Positions 19,420 to 28,664 of a stretch of 64,000 bases of DNA are shown here, piece after piece. Where the stretch lies: the NCBI GenBank assembly GCA_022447825.1, contig JAKUTY010000002.1:11963-75962 (forward strand). Reading direction: 5' to 3'. Each line of letters starts with the position of its first letter. Positions within the stretch are counted from its first letter, which is position 1. The stretch comes from SAR202 cluster bacterium. Lineage in GTDB: Bacteria > Chloroflexota > Dehalococcoidia > Lucifugimonadales > UBA826. The position numbers and the translations under genes were made by a program. The notes beneath the pieces were generated by a model. It was given only the letters and a program-made list of their open reading frames with translations. It was not told the DNA's origin and did not search any database.

Positions 19420-20100
19420 TTGATTAGAAACGCACTGTTTGTATCGAGTTGTGTATCGACATTGGTATTGATTTATTTAATTTTTATGTGGGTTCCTACA
19501 GAACGTACATTAGGGATTTCCCAAAGAATATTCTATGTTCATGTTCCTATCGGATGGGTTGGAATGGTTTCAATTATTGTAGTTGGAATTGCTAGTGTTG
19601 TTCATTTAATTACTAGAAATAACTTTTGGGATGCCATTGCCTATTCTGCGGCAGAGTTGGGAATAATTTTTGCTACTTTGATTCTTTTAACTGGGGCTAT
19701 ATGGGCTAAACCAGCTTGGGGAGTATGGTGGACTTGGGATCCGAAATTAACTACTACTTTGATTTTATGGTTTATTTACGTAGGTTATTTAATGGTCAGA
19801 TCATTCTCTCAAGGCACCCGAGGGAGAATGTATGCTTCTGCTGTAGCTTTATTGGGAGCTATTGATGCTCCTATTATTTATCTTGCTTCTGTTTGGTGGC
19901 GATCTGCTCATCCTCCATTAAATATAGGTCCTCTTGCTGAACAAGAAATGAGTTTAGATTCAAAAATGTTAATTACTTTGTTTGTTGCAATTATTACTTT
20001 TACTATTTTTTATGTTTATTTAATGGTTGAACGGTTTAGTTTCAGAAGAGTAGAAGACAAATTAGATGAGGTACATCAATATGTTTCAGTTAATTTATAA
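19420..20100 (+). CDS. ccmC: heme exporter protein CcmC (System I cytochrome c maturation)
   Basis: Polytopic membrane protein with WWD motif AWGVWWTWDPKLT and flanking conserved His residues. Confidence 0.8.
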   Translation: MIRNALFVSSCVSTLVLIYLIFMWVPTERTLGISQRIFYVHVPIGWVGMVSIIVVGIASVVHLITRNNFWDAIAYSAAELGIIFATLILLTGAIWAKPAWGVWWTWDPKLTTTLILWFIYVGYLMVRSFSQGTRGRMYASAVALLGAIDAPIIYLASVWWRSAHPPLNIGPLAEQEMSLDSKMLITLFVAIITFTIFYVYLMVERFSFRRVEDKLDEVHQYVSVNL

Positions 20101-20350
20101 CAAAATTCCCCTTCGTTTTACTATGATTTTTTTGATTTTGTTGGGGTTGTACTTACTTTTGCCCATTCAATCTGTTTCTGCAGATAGTCATGCAAGTAAC
20201 GATTCAGGTTCAGGATTATCTTATTTGTTTGCTGTATTTATGGTGATTTGGATTTTCTTTTTTGGGTATACATTTTTTTTAACTAGAAGGATAAAAGAAA
20301 TGAAAAATGAAGTGGATTTTTTAAAAGAAGAATTAGCGAAGAAAGAATAG
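20066..20350 (+). CDS. CcmD-like small membrane protein
   Basis: Sits between ccmC and ccmE. C-terminal TM helix followed by a basic/coiled segment (FFLTRRIKEMKNE), as in CcmD. Start uncertain (ATG 20081 or 20123 possible). Confidence 0.4.
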   Translation: MRYINMFQLIYNKIPLRFTMIFLILLGLYLLLPIQSVSADSHASNDSGSGLSYLFAVFMVIWIFFFGYTFFLTRRIKEMKNEVDFLKEELAKKE

Positions 20351-20353
20351 TTA

Positions 20354-20809
20354 ATGGAACCTATAACTGATATTGAACAAAGCCATTTTTTAAACAGGAA
20401 TAAAGTTAGAATATTTTTGGCATCATTAGTTTTGATTGGTGCTTTAATTTACTTTTCTGTAATCACTTTTCAAAGCGCTATGGTCTACTACTATACAGTC
20501 AGTGAAATTCAGGAAGAACCGGCAACATTACCCGGTCGGATGGTTAGGGTTAGTGGTAAATTGGTACCTGAATCATTTAATAGAACTCAAGGTTCTACTC
20601 TTGCCTATTTTGAATTAACAGATGGTGAAAATATATTAATCGCTCAACATGATGGAATTATTCCGGATTTGTTTTTTAATGAGCACTCAGAAATTATCCT
20701 AGAAGGTTCGCATAATCCATCAGATAAATTTACTAGTCATAATGTGATAGTTAAATGTCCATCAAAATATGTTGCAATCGAAGAAGAATCTAAATTAGAT
20801 ACCCAATAA
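20354..20809 (+). CDS. ccmE: cytochrome c-type biogenesis heme chaperone CcmE, CxxxY variant
   Basis: N-terminal TM anchor; OB-fold pattern (RVSGKLVPES..., IIPDLFFNEHSEIILEG). The heme-binding position reads VKCPSKY where E. coli has AKHDENY. Confidence 0.8.
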   Translation: MEPITDIEQSHFLNRNKVRIFLASLVLIGALIYFSVITFQSAMVYYYTVSEIQEEPATLPGRMVRVSGKLVPESFNRTQGSTLAYFELTDGENILIAQHDGIIPDLFFNEHSEIILEGSHNPSDKFTSHNVIVKCPSKYVAIEEESKLDTQ

Positions 20810-21628
20810 AGTTTTAGGGTTTTCTTTTACTACTTCTGAAATTTTTTCTGCCTCTAATCCAGCTTCTAAAAGTAAGCTGATTGCCATTCTCATTCCCTCT
20901 GCGGGAGTTGGATTCATCCATTGTCCAAAATCGGTTGTAATAACGCAATTTTCTGTTCCTAAAATATTTAATATTTCTATTAATCCCTTTATAGAAAGAG
21001 TATTGATGTTTGGCATACAAGTTTGGAAAGTATATTCAATATATACGCCAAGCTCTGTCAAATATTTTTGCTCATCTAGAGACATGATCTGGTAAGGATG
21101 AGTAGCGATCATCTTTTTTACGCCGCGTTTTTTTGCTTCTTCAAATAATGCTTTAACTTCAGGCGGGGAAACATGACCTGAAGCCAGAAGAATGTCATGT
21201 TCAGCTATAATTTCAATGACTTCAATTGTTTCATTACTTAGTTTCTCATTATCATCAAAAATTCTTAAGCCTTTTGCATTTGAATCTTTTTGAACCCAAT
21301 GGTGAGCGGAGAATGTGGGCATCCAAATGACTTTAGCTCCAAGTTTTGCTGACGTTTCTGCAGCTATAGGATTTACTCCACCAACCTCTTTATTAAGAGC
21401 TATTGCTCCAAATACGTGGATACCTGGGTATATTTTGTCTAATAAATCGGCTAGAGGAGCTGTGGAATATTCATGGGATTTAAGAACAAAACCACCCATT
21501 TGAGATTCGTAAGCATATTTAACAGTTTCTAGAGCATCCATTCTTCTGTCTTGCGTATCTGGAGCAGCATGAACATGAAGATCATAAGAACCTTCTAAAA
21601 TTTCTTTGATTTCTGATGTTTTACTCAT
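20795..21628 (-). CDS. metal-dependent hydrolase (amidohydrolase/PHP-like fold), function unknown
   Basis: N-terminal YDLHVHAAPD HxH motif and later His/Asp positions; 277 aa. Confidence 0.5.
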   Translation of the reverse strand: MSKTSEIKEILEGSYDLHVHAAPDTQDRRMDALETVKYAYESQMGGFVLKSHEYSTAPLADLLDKIYPGIHVFGAIALNKEVGGVNPIAAETSAKLGAKVIWMPTFSAHHWVQKDSNAKGLRIFDDNEKLSNETIEVIEIIAEHDILLASGHVSPPEVKALFEEAKKRGVKKMIATHPYQIMSLDEQKYLTELGVYIEYTFQTCMPNINTLSIKGLIEILNILGTENCVITTDFGQWMNPTPAEGMRMAISLLLEAGLEAEKISEVVKENPKTLLGI

Positions 21629-21633
21629 TTTAA

Positions 21634-22275
21634 TTACAAATGATCAATTATATTGATCAAATCCTTCATGGAAGAAAAATTTGTCCCTTTATTTGCCGGA
21701 ATAAAATGATTATACCCAAATTGGTCGAAAGCTAGAACTTTCATGTCTGCTTTTAGAGCTGCTTCTATTCCTGAAGGAGAATCTTCAATCACTAATGAAT
21801 TGGCAGGATCAGAATTCATTTTACTTGCAGCATATAAAAATAAATCTGGAGCTGGTTTACCATTTTTAACATCAACTGCACTAAATATGTTCCCTTCAAA
21901 AAAAGACAAAAGCTCTGTAATTCCCAGCGTCTTATAAATTTTTTCATATGGCCCACTTGAAGCAACACATTTGGGATAATTTAAATTGTTAAGTACTTCA
22001 GAAATTCCTTGAATAGGATTAAGGTCGGTTTCAAATAGCTTAAACATCCTCTGCATATACTCGTCAAAAAGATTTTCTGGAGGTGTTTTACCTAGAAGTG
22101 ATTCTATAGTTTTCAAGCTATCTTTCCATGATTTACCTAGAAATAATTCAAGCGATTTTTCAAATGTAGTAGGTAGGCCTATTTCTGTTAATAGTTCTGA
22201 CAAAACTTGATTAGAGATAGGTTCACTATCAACTAATACACCGTCACAATCAAAAATTACTAAATCTGGTTTCAG
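21634..22275 (-). CDS. HAD-superfamily hydrolase (beta-phosphoglucomutase-like subfamily), start extended
   Basis: The track ORF starts at TTG 22203, but HAD motif I (VIFDCDGVLVDS) is encoded in-frame upstream. The only possible starts are CTG 22275 or ATT 22278, behind GAGG. Motifs II-IV are present (ASSG, K...G, IEDSPSG). Confidence 0.7.
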   Translation of the reverse strand: MKPDLVIFDCDGVLVDSEPISNQVLSELLTEIGLPTTFEKSLELFLGKSWKDSLKTIESLLGKTPPENLFDEYMQRMFKLFETDLNPIQGISEVLNNLNYPKCVASSGPYEKIYKTLGITELLSFFEGNIFSAVDVKNGKPAPDLFLYAASKMNSDPANSLVIEDSPSGIEAALKADMKVLAFDQFGYNHFIPANKGTNFSSMKDLINIIDHL

Positions 22276-22308
22276 AATTTCGCCTCACAATATTAATTAA
22301 GTTATTAT

Positions 22309-22938
22309 ATGCAATCATCAATGAAAGGAATCAATATGGTGAGAATAAGTAATAAAAACTTTTCTATAGAAAATGATGGAAATGCTCCGCCTGGTCAAAT
22401 AATTACAGAAAAATTTCCAGTTTTAACTTTTGGAAACACGCCTTCAATTGATTTAGATAATTGGAAATTTTCAATAACTGGTTCTGTTTCTAAAAACTTA
22501 GAGTTTGATTATCAATCATTTTTAGGTTTAGGGGAAATTACTTTATCATCAGAATTTCACTGTGTGACTCAATGGAGTAACTTAGATAATCAATGGTCAG
22601 GAATTCCTTTTAAAACTCTTTTTAATCAAGTTCAAATTTCTAGAGATAGTAAGTTTGCAATGATTCATTGTTATGGAGGTTATTCTACAAATTTGTCTTT
22701 AGATGTTTTGTTGGACGATGATGTCTTATTTGCTACAAAACATAATGGTGAAACCTTGTCTGCTGATCATGGAGCTCCTTTAAGATTGATAGTTCCCAAA
22801 AGGTATGGATGGAAGAGTGCTAAATGGGTTAATGGTATAGAGTTTATGGAAGAAGATGCCCCAGGTTTTTGGGAGATGAGAGGTTACCATATGGAAGGCG
22901 ACCCTCATAAAGAGCAAAGGTTTGATTCTGATAAATAA
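22309..22938 (+). CDS. sulfite-oxidase-family molybdopterin-binding domain protein
   Basis: Oxidoreductase molybdopterin-binding pattern with the conserved Cys context SSEFHCVTQWS and HGAPLRLIVP. The more likely start is ATG 22336 (MVRISNK), behind AAAGGAA. Confidence 0.75.
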   Translation: MQSSMKGINMVRISNKNFSIENDGNAPPGQIITEKFPVLTFGNTPSIDLDNWKFSITGSVSKNLEFDYQSFLGLGEITLSSEFHCVTQWSNLDNQWSGIPFKTLFNQVQISRDSKFAMIHCYGGYSTNLSLDVLLDDDVLFATKHNGETLSADHGAPLRLIVPKRYGWKSAKWVNGIEFMEEDAPGFWEMRGYHMEGDPHKEQRFDSDK

Positions 22939-22969
22939 AAAAAGCCCCGAATTATTTCGGGGCTTTTTT
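22937..22969. terminator. bidirectional intrinsic terminator between convergent genes
   Basis: A7, GCCCCGAA (22944-22951), loop TTAT, TTCGGGGC (22956-22963), T6 (22964-22969). Confidence 0.85.
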
Positions 22970-23003
22970 GGTTACTTACTAAGCTTTTATTTTGACAGAT
23001 TGT

Positions 23004-24638
23004 TTACTGTTTAATATTTATTGCTTTATCGAGTTTATCGTTAAATTGCTTTTCAGTAAGCTTACCGTCTTTCATTTCTTGAACTATATCTGTAACTGAT
23101 TGCTGTGCCTCATTCTTTTCCATACCGTAATTGTCAGAAGGTTTAACTTTGCGGTTTTCCATGATTTGGTCCATTGGTTGGGGACCCATAGCTGAAAAAT
23201 CACCAAAAGCTTTATCAGAGCATTCTTTTCTAGCATCAGGATCGAATCCATTTGACTTCATGCATGCTTTAATCATGTCTGAAACGGCATGTTGGTTAGG
23301 TTCCGGCAGAATACTTACAAAATCTTTGTTACCAGTAACTTGTTCAACCATAGCTTCTTTGGCTGCAAATTTTACAAAGTCATCTTTTGTATTAAAGTTA
23401 TTACCACCTTTGTCATATGATTTGTGAGCTTCAACTACAGCATTTTTAGTTGATTCAATAAATTTTCCGATCTGAGGTTCATCTATTACGATCGGAGTTA
23501 TAGCTTTAAATGTTTTCTCTGCCTGAGTCATACAAGTTTTAGTTGCAACGTCAGAAATTGATGGATCTCCTTGTGCTAAAGAAACACATTCCGATAATTC
23601 TGAAGATACTTTATCTGCAGCAGCGTCAATAATGATTTGTTGAGCTATAGTTTCTTCGTTAGTAATACCTGCTGCTCTGTATGCATTTTTAGCTAGAGCT
23701 TCACAAGCTATTTTTGATTTTCCTGATTCTATACAGTTTTTTGCAGAAGTTGCTGATACTCCTGCTGCTGTTTCAACAGATGACTCAGTAATCATTTTTG
23801 TGAGTTCTTTTGCATCTTCTTTGTCTATATTTTTATCGTATAGTAAATCTTCAACTGCTTCTTTGAAATTAGGATTTTCTACTTCATCATTAGCTAAGAT
23901 GATTTGATTCCTGGCTTCTCTGGCTTCTTTTGTGTCAGCCTGGAGAGCAGTACTTAAAGCTTCTGGGTTTGCACCAATAATTTGTTGCATTACCTGAATC
24001 ATTTTTTCGGATTCTTCACCCAAGCCTTTTAGTTCGTCTTTTTCAAATTCATCCATGCCTGAATCGAAGTGCATTTCGTCAATTTCCTGATACAACTCTT
24101 GTATGTGTTGATCAAGGAGAGCTAATTCAGTATGGAGGCCATCTATTTCTAACCTTTGAATTCTTTCAAGCTCAGTTTCTTTAGGTTCCATTAAAATCTG
24201 CATTAATCGATCTTTAAGTGCATTTGTTTCTTCAGAGAATGCTTGCTGTGATGCATTTTGATCTAATCCAGATAAATAGGCGTTACCAATATCCATAACC
24301 TCTGAATATTGAGGGTGAACGATCATTGTTGATTCATCTTGTAAGATGATTCCTGTTGTTGATGTGTTGTCTGGCATCATTATATCTGGACTAATACCAT
24401 TTAACTTATCAAGCATTTGAGTAATTACATCTCTAGCTTCATTCATTTCTTGATGTAAATTTTGAACTTCTTCAGTGTGCCTTTGATCGATTTCAATCAG
24501 AATTGATTGTAATTCATCCTCATTAGTGACTACTTCACCTGCTCCAGTAGCAAGCCCTATTGCTGAACCGCATGCTACAGACGCAATAGCCGTAACACTC
24601 ATCGCTGCAAAAACTAGTAAGTTCTTAATGCTTTTCAT
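23004..24638 (-). CDS. acidic, helical lipoprotein of unknown function
   Basis: Signal peptide with lipobox (AIASVA|C). 544 aa, rich in E/D/K/Q. Paired Cys residues in the C-terminal half. Confidence 0.5.
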   Translation of the reverse strand: MKSIKNLLVFAAMSVTAIASVACGSAIGLATGAGEVVTNEDELQSILIEIDQRHTEEVQNLHQEMNEARDVITQMLDKLNGISPDIMMPDNTSTTGIILQDESTMIVHPQYSEVMDIGNAYLSGLDQNASQQAFSEETNALKDRLMQILMEPKETELERIQRLEIDGLHTELALLDQHIQELYQEIDEMHFDSGMDEFEKDELKGLGEESEKMIQVMQQIIGANPEALSTALQADTKEAREARNQIILANDEVENPNFKEAVEDLLYDKNIDKEDAKELTKMITESSVETAAGVSATSAKNCIESGKSKIACEALAKNAYRAAGITNEETIAQQIIIDAAADKVSSELSECVSLAQGDPSISDVATKTCMTQAEKTFKAITPIVIDEPQIGKFIESTKNAVVEAHKSYDKGGNNFNTKDDFVKFAAKEAMVEQVTGNKDFVSILPEPNQHAVSDMIKACMKSNGFDPDARKECSDKAFGDFSAMGPQPMDQIMENRKVKPSDNYGMEKNEAQQSVTDIVQEMKDGKLTEKQFNDKLDKAINIKQ

Positions 24639-24733
24639 TAGAAATCCTCATATGATCTAAATATATTTTTCTATGTATATAATACTGCTTTGTTTATGAT
24701 GATGATACAGTGATTTCACCTGTAAAATATAAA

Positions 24734-25639
24734 TCACATATCATTTTTAATTTTTGTGTAAATATAACCCATTGAATCTTCAAGTTTGTCGAACGATCTC
24801 CATCCTGAAAAGTCTTTTCTTAAATATTCATAAACTGAACTAGAAGCGGTTTCTAAATCTTGTCCGTCTGAGATTTTATTTTTGAATTCTCCAACAATTA
24901 TGTCTATGAACTCTTTATCGCTTTTTAAACTGTCGCGATCTCCTATGGATCCATGTCCACCCATGTACACGTCGGCACCAATTTCTAAGATTTTTGCGTC
25001 GGTTTCTGGCCATTCAACAGGATATCCGTCTCCCATGAAAGGTACTCCTTTGTTTTGGGCAACGTCACCTGTAAATAACAAGTATTCTGAAGGTATATTT
25101 ATAAATATATCCCCACTTGTGTGAGCTTTACCCAAGTACATTAGGTCAATTTGGCGTCCTCCAAAATAAAGGCTCATTTTATTGTCAAATGTCAGGTTTG
25201 GTGGAGTTATTTGAACTGTTTTAGCCTCTTCTGACCAAGGATCATTAGCGTTTACAATTTTGTTTAACCAAATTTCTTGTGCCTCTACATCTAGCATTTC
25301 GTCGTAACAATTTTGATGTCCGATAATAGTGGCTTCAGGAAATACTTCGTTTCCCCATGAATGATCCCAATGAGAATGTGTATCTATTACATATTGGATA
25401 GGCTTATCAGTAATTAATTTTACGTCTTCGTATAGATCACGAGCAAAAGACGGGACCCTTAGTGAGTCAATGATCATTACTCCATGGTCACCGACTAGAA
25501 TTCCAGCATTGGTGAGGTTTTCGTGTAGCCTTGCATATATTCCTGAGGCTAGTTCAACAATTTCAGTACCTGGTGTTCGAGCCATATCAATCTCCATTTT
25601 AATTTTGTCCACTATATTGATTGATACACAATCGATCAA
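24734..25639 (-). CDS. MBL-fold metallohydrolase
   Basis: DTHSHWDHSWG (HxHxDH) motif and later H and D ligands. The start may be the internal MARTPG. Confidence 0.75.
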   Translation of the reverse strand: MIDCVSINIVDKIKMEIDMARTPGTEIVELASGIYARLHENLTNAGILVGDHGVMIIDSLRVPSFARDLYEDVKLITDKPIQYVIDTHSHWDHSWGNEVFPEATIIGHQNCYDEMLDVEAQEIWLNKIVNANDPWSEEAKTVQITPPNLTFDNKMSLYFGGRQIDLMYLGKAHTSGDIFINIPSEYLLFTGDVAQNKGVPFMGDGYPVEWPETDAKILEIGADVYMGGHGSIGDRDSLKSDKEFIDIIVGEFKNKISDGQDLETASSSVYEYLRKDFSGWRSFDKLEDSMGYIYTKIKNDM

Positions 25640-25662
25640 TATAGCGCTTTAGAGTATTACTA

Positions 25663-25694
25663 AAGTTGACACGCTCCGAATCAACTTGTATCAT
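25663..25694 (+). promoter_or_regulatory. hspR-grpE-dnaK promoter with overlapping HAIR-like inverted repeat
   Basis: TTGACA (25666-25671), 17 nt, TATCAT (25689-25694). Perfect inverted repeat AAGTTGA (25663-25669) / TCAACTT (25681-25687) gives a TTGA-N11-TCAA core. Confidence 0.55.
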
Positions 25695-25719
25695 TTACTC
25701 ACATTGAAAGGAAATATTT

Positions 25720-26136
25720 TTGAATCAAAATACTCCAAATCAAAATTTTAAAAGAGTAATTAGAGTTAGTGTTCCAACAAGAGTAACTGAAGTTTATTCT
25801 AACCCCGATGGTTTATACGTCATTAGTGTAGCTGCTCGATTGTTAGAAATGCATCCTCAGACTTTGAGAAAGTATGAGAGGGTTGGATTGGTAAGTCCAT
25901 CTCGAACCGTTGGGATGTTGAGGCTTTACTCTGAAGAAGACATAGTGCGTCTTCGTTTAATTAAACATTTGGTAGGAGATTTGGGATTAAACATGGCTGG
26001 AGTGGAACTTTCTCTAAATATGTTTAATCAGGTTTTAAAAATGCGATCTGGTTTGGACCAGGCAGAGCCAAGTGACTTGAAAAAATATTTAGAAGATTGT
26101 CTCGAAGAAATGTTTGAAATTTTAAAAGGGAATTAA
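25720..26136 (+). CDS. hspR: MerR-family heat-shock repressor HspR
   Basis: YVISVAARLLEMHPQTLRKYERVGLVSPSRT...RLYSEEDIVRL matches the HspR HTH region. TTG start behind AAAGGAAA. Lies immediately upstream of grpE-dnaK. Confidence 0.85.
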   Translation: MNQNTPNQNFKRVIRVSVPTRVTEVYSNPDGLYVISVAARLLEMHPQTLRKYERVGLVSPSRTVGMLRLYSEEDIVRLRLIKHLVGDLGLNMAGVELSLNMFNQVLKMRSGLDQAEPSDLKKYLEDCLEEMFEILKGN

Positions 26137-26148
26137 GTCGGAGTAAAT

Positions 26149-26706
26149 GTGACTGAAGAAAACAATATAGAAGAAGGACCTGTTGAAGAAGAATCTGTAG
26201 ATGAAAATATCCAAGATGATGAAACTGATCCTCTTGACGAAGCAATTAAAGATAGGGATAACTACAAATCTATAGCTCAAAGAGCTCAGGCTGATTTAGT
26301 AAATTATCGTACTCGTGCAGCTCAAGAATTAGAGGAAACACGAAGAAATCTCAAAATGTCTATTTTTCATAGGGTAGTTTCAGTTGCTGATGATTTATCC
26401 AGGGCTGTTGACAGTATTCCTGAAGACTCTGATGCCCAATGGTCAGATGGAGTCAAATTAGTTTTAAGGAATTTTGAAAACTTTTTAGAGATAGAAGGAG
26501 TTAAGAAAATTGAGTCTTTGGGATTGATATTTGATCCCAATTTTCATGAAGCATTGATGTATGAAGATGATGAAATAAATGAAGAGGGGACCATTATTTC
26601 TATAATTCAAGAAGGATATCAAATTGATGACAAACTACTTCGACCTGCAAGAGTTGTTGTAGCCAAAAAACCAGAAATGCAAACAGAACAAGAACAGGAG
26701 GAATAA
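26149..26706 (+). CDS. grpE: nucleotide exchange factor GrpE
   Basis: Acidic N-terminus, coiled-coil region ([13 protein letters not shown]) and C-terminal beta domain (FDPNFHEAL...RPARVVV). GTG start behind GGAG. Confidence 0.9.
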   Translation: MTEENNIEEGPVEEESVDENIQDDETDPLDEAIKDRDNYKSIAQRAQADLVNYRTRAAQELEETRRNLKMSIFHRVVSVADDLSRAVDSIPEDSDAQWSDGVKLVLRNFENFLEIEGVKKIESLGLIFDPNFHEALMYEDDEINEEGTIISIIQEGYQIDDKLLRPARVVVAKKPEMQTEQEQEE

Positions 26707-26707
26707 A

Positions 26708-28612
26708 ATGCCGAAAATTCTCGGTATTGATTTAGGTACCACAAATTCATGTATGGCAATTATTGAAGCTGGTGAACCCAGAGTCATTGAGAATGCTGAA
26801 GGAAATCGGACTACTCCATCAGTAGTTGGAATTAATCCCAGGTCAAATGAAAGATATGTAGGGACTACAGCAAAAAGACAAGCTGTGACTAACCCTGAAA
26901 ATACAGTTTTTTCTGCAAAAAGATTTATGGGCATGAAACACACTGATGATTCAGTAAGTAGAAATATTGATTTAGTTCCATATTCCGTAGTTGCTCACAG
27001 TAACGGAGATGCTCACGTAGCCATGGGAGACAAAACTTTTGCTCCCCCAGAAATAGCTGCGATGGTTCTTCAGAAAATGAAACAAGACGCAGAATCTAAG
27101 TTGGGTGAAACTATTACACAGGCCGTAATCACTGTTCCTGCTTATTTCAATGATAGTCAGCGTAATGCTACTAGAGATGCTGGGAAAATTGCCGGTCTAG
27201 AAGTGATGAGAATTATTAATGAGCCTACTGCTGCAGCTTTAGCTTATGGTTTGGATAATAATAAAGAACAAACTATTGCAGTTTACGACTTGGGTGGTGG
27301 GACATTTGATATAACCATTCTCCAAATGGGTGATGGAGTATTTGAAGTTAAAGCTACAAATGGAGATACTCACTTGGGTGGTGATGATTTTGATCAAGTA
27401 ATTATTGATTGGATCTGTGATAAATTTAAACAAGATCAAGGAATAGATTTGACTGCTGATCGAATGGCTCTACAACGCTTGAGAGAGTCTGCAGAACGAG
27501 CAAAAATTGAACTTTCTACTTTAATGCAAACCGAAATCAATTTGCCTTTTATAACTGCTGATGCGTCTGGTCCAAAACATTTAGTAGAAACTCTAGACAG
27601 AGCCACAATGGAACAACTTGTTGGTGTGTTGATTCAAAACTCTATTGAACCATGTAAGAAGGCGATTCAAGATGCAGGAGTAAGCATTTCTGAGATTAAT
27701 GAGGTGATATTAGTAGGCGGAATGACCCGAATGCCAGCTGTTCAAAAAGCAGTATCAGACTATTTTGGTAAAGAGTCTCATCAGGGAGTTAACCCAGACG
27801 AAGTTGTTGCTGTTGGAGCTGCAGTTCAGGCAGGTGTTTTACAAGGAGATGTACAGGATATTCTGTTATTGGATGTTACTCCATTAACTTTAGGGATAGA
27901 GACACTTGGTGGTGTTACAACTCCATTAATTCAAAGAAATACAACTATTCCAACTTCTAAAACAGAAACATTTACTACTGCAGCAGATAACCAACCTTCA
28001 GTAGAAGTTCATGTTTTGCAAGGTGAAAGACCCATGGCAAACGAAAATAAAACAATTGGTAGATTTAATCTTGATGGAATACTTCCTGCAGCTCGTGGAA
28101 TTCCTCAAATTGAAGTTACTTTTGATATTGATGCTAATGGAATTCTTAATGTCTCTGCAAAAGATAAAGGCACTAATAAAGAACAGAGTATTACTATTAC
28201 TGCTAGTTCAGGATTGTCTCAAGACGAAATTGACCAAATGATTAATGATGCTGAGCTTCATGCAGATGAAGATCAAAAGAAACGTGAAAATGTTGAGTTG
28301 AAGAATAATGCTCAAGGTACAATTTTTGCTGCTGAAACGATGCTGAAAGATAATGAAGATAAAATTTCAGATCAAATAAAAGAAGAGATTCAAGGAAAAA
28401 TTACTGAATTATCTACGGCATTAGAATCTGATGACTCTGCATCTATAGAAGCTTCACTTCAAAATTTAAATTCAGCCATACAACAAGTAGGGCAGGAAAT
28501 TTATAGTAATCCAGAAAACTCTTCTGAAGAATCACCTCAAGAGGAATCACCTGATTCTTCTCCAGATTCAGAGGACGATAATACTGTAGAAGGTGAGTTT
28601 AGGCAGGTTTAA
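26708..28612 (+). CDS. dnaK: molecular chaperone DnaK (Hsp70)
   Basis: [18 protein letters not shown] and [11 protein letters not shown] signatures; 634 aa; AGGAGG SD. Confidence 0.97.
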   Translation: MPKILGIDLGTTNSCMAIIEAGEPRVIENAEGNRTTPSVVGINPRSNERYVGTTAKRQAVTNPENTVFSAKRFMGMKHTDDSVSRNIDLVPYSVVAHSNGDAHVAMGDKTFAPPEIAAMVLQKMKQDAESKLGETITQAVITVPAYFNDSQRNATRDAGKIAGLEVMRIINEPTAAALAYGLDNNKEQTIAVYDLGGGTFDITILQMGDGVFEVKATNGDTHLGGDDFDQVIIDWICDKFKQDQGIDLTADRMALQRLRESAERAKIELSTLMQTEINLPFITADASGPKHLVETLDRATMEQLVGVLIQNSIEPCKKAIQDAGVSISEINEVILVGGMTRMPAVQKAVSDYFGKESHQGVNPDEVVAVGAAVQAGVLQGDVQDILLLDVTPLTLGIETLGGVTTPLIQRNTTIPTSKTETFTTAADNQPSVEVHVLQGERPMANENKTIGRFNLDGILPAARGIPQIEVTFDIDANGILNVSAKDKGTNKEQSITITASSGLSQDEIDQMINDAELHADEDQKKRENVELKNNAQGTIFAAETMLKDNEDKISDQIKEEIQGKITELSTALESDDSASIEASLQNLNSAIQQVGQEIYSNPENSSEESPQEESPDSSPDSEDDNTVEGEFRQV

Positions 28613-28628
28613 AACCTATGTTAATTAA

Positions 28629-28664
28629 AATCGGGTAGTAAATCACTACCCGATTTTATTTTTT
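28629..28664 (+). terminator. intrinsic terminator after dnaK
   Basis: AATCGGGTAGT (28629-28639) / ACTACCCGATT (28645-28655) form an 11-bp stem with loop AAATC, followed by TTATTTTTT. Confidence 0.85.

Noticed and set aside
20348-20356. The CcmD-like ORF and ccmE share one frame, separated only by TAG-TTA; considered stop-codon read-through or pyrrolysine.
   Set aside because: CcmD and CcmE are normally separate proteins. ccmE has its own ATG and N-terminal TM anchor. Nothing suggests Pyl machinery, so the shared frame is coincidental.
28011-28241. 76-aa alternative-frame ORF within dnaK, and similar short internal ORFs in other large genes (for example 10164-10361, 52562-52762).
   Set aside because: They are embedded in highly conserved coding frames. 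They have no SD and low-complexity sequence, consistent with chance ORFs in AT-rich DNA.
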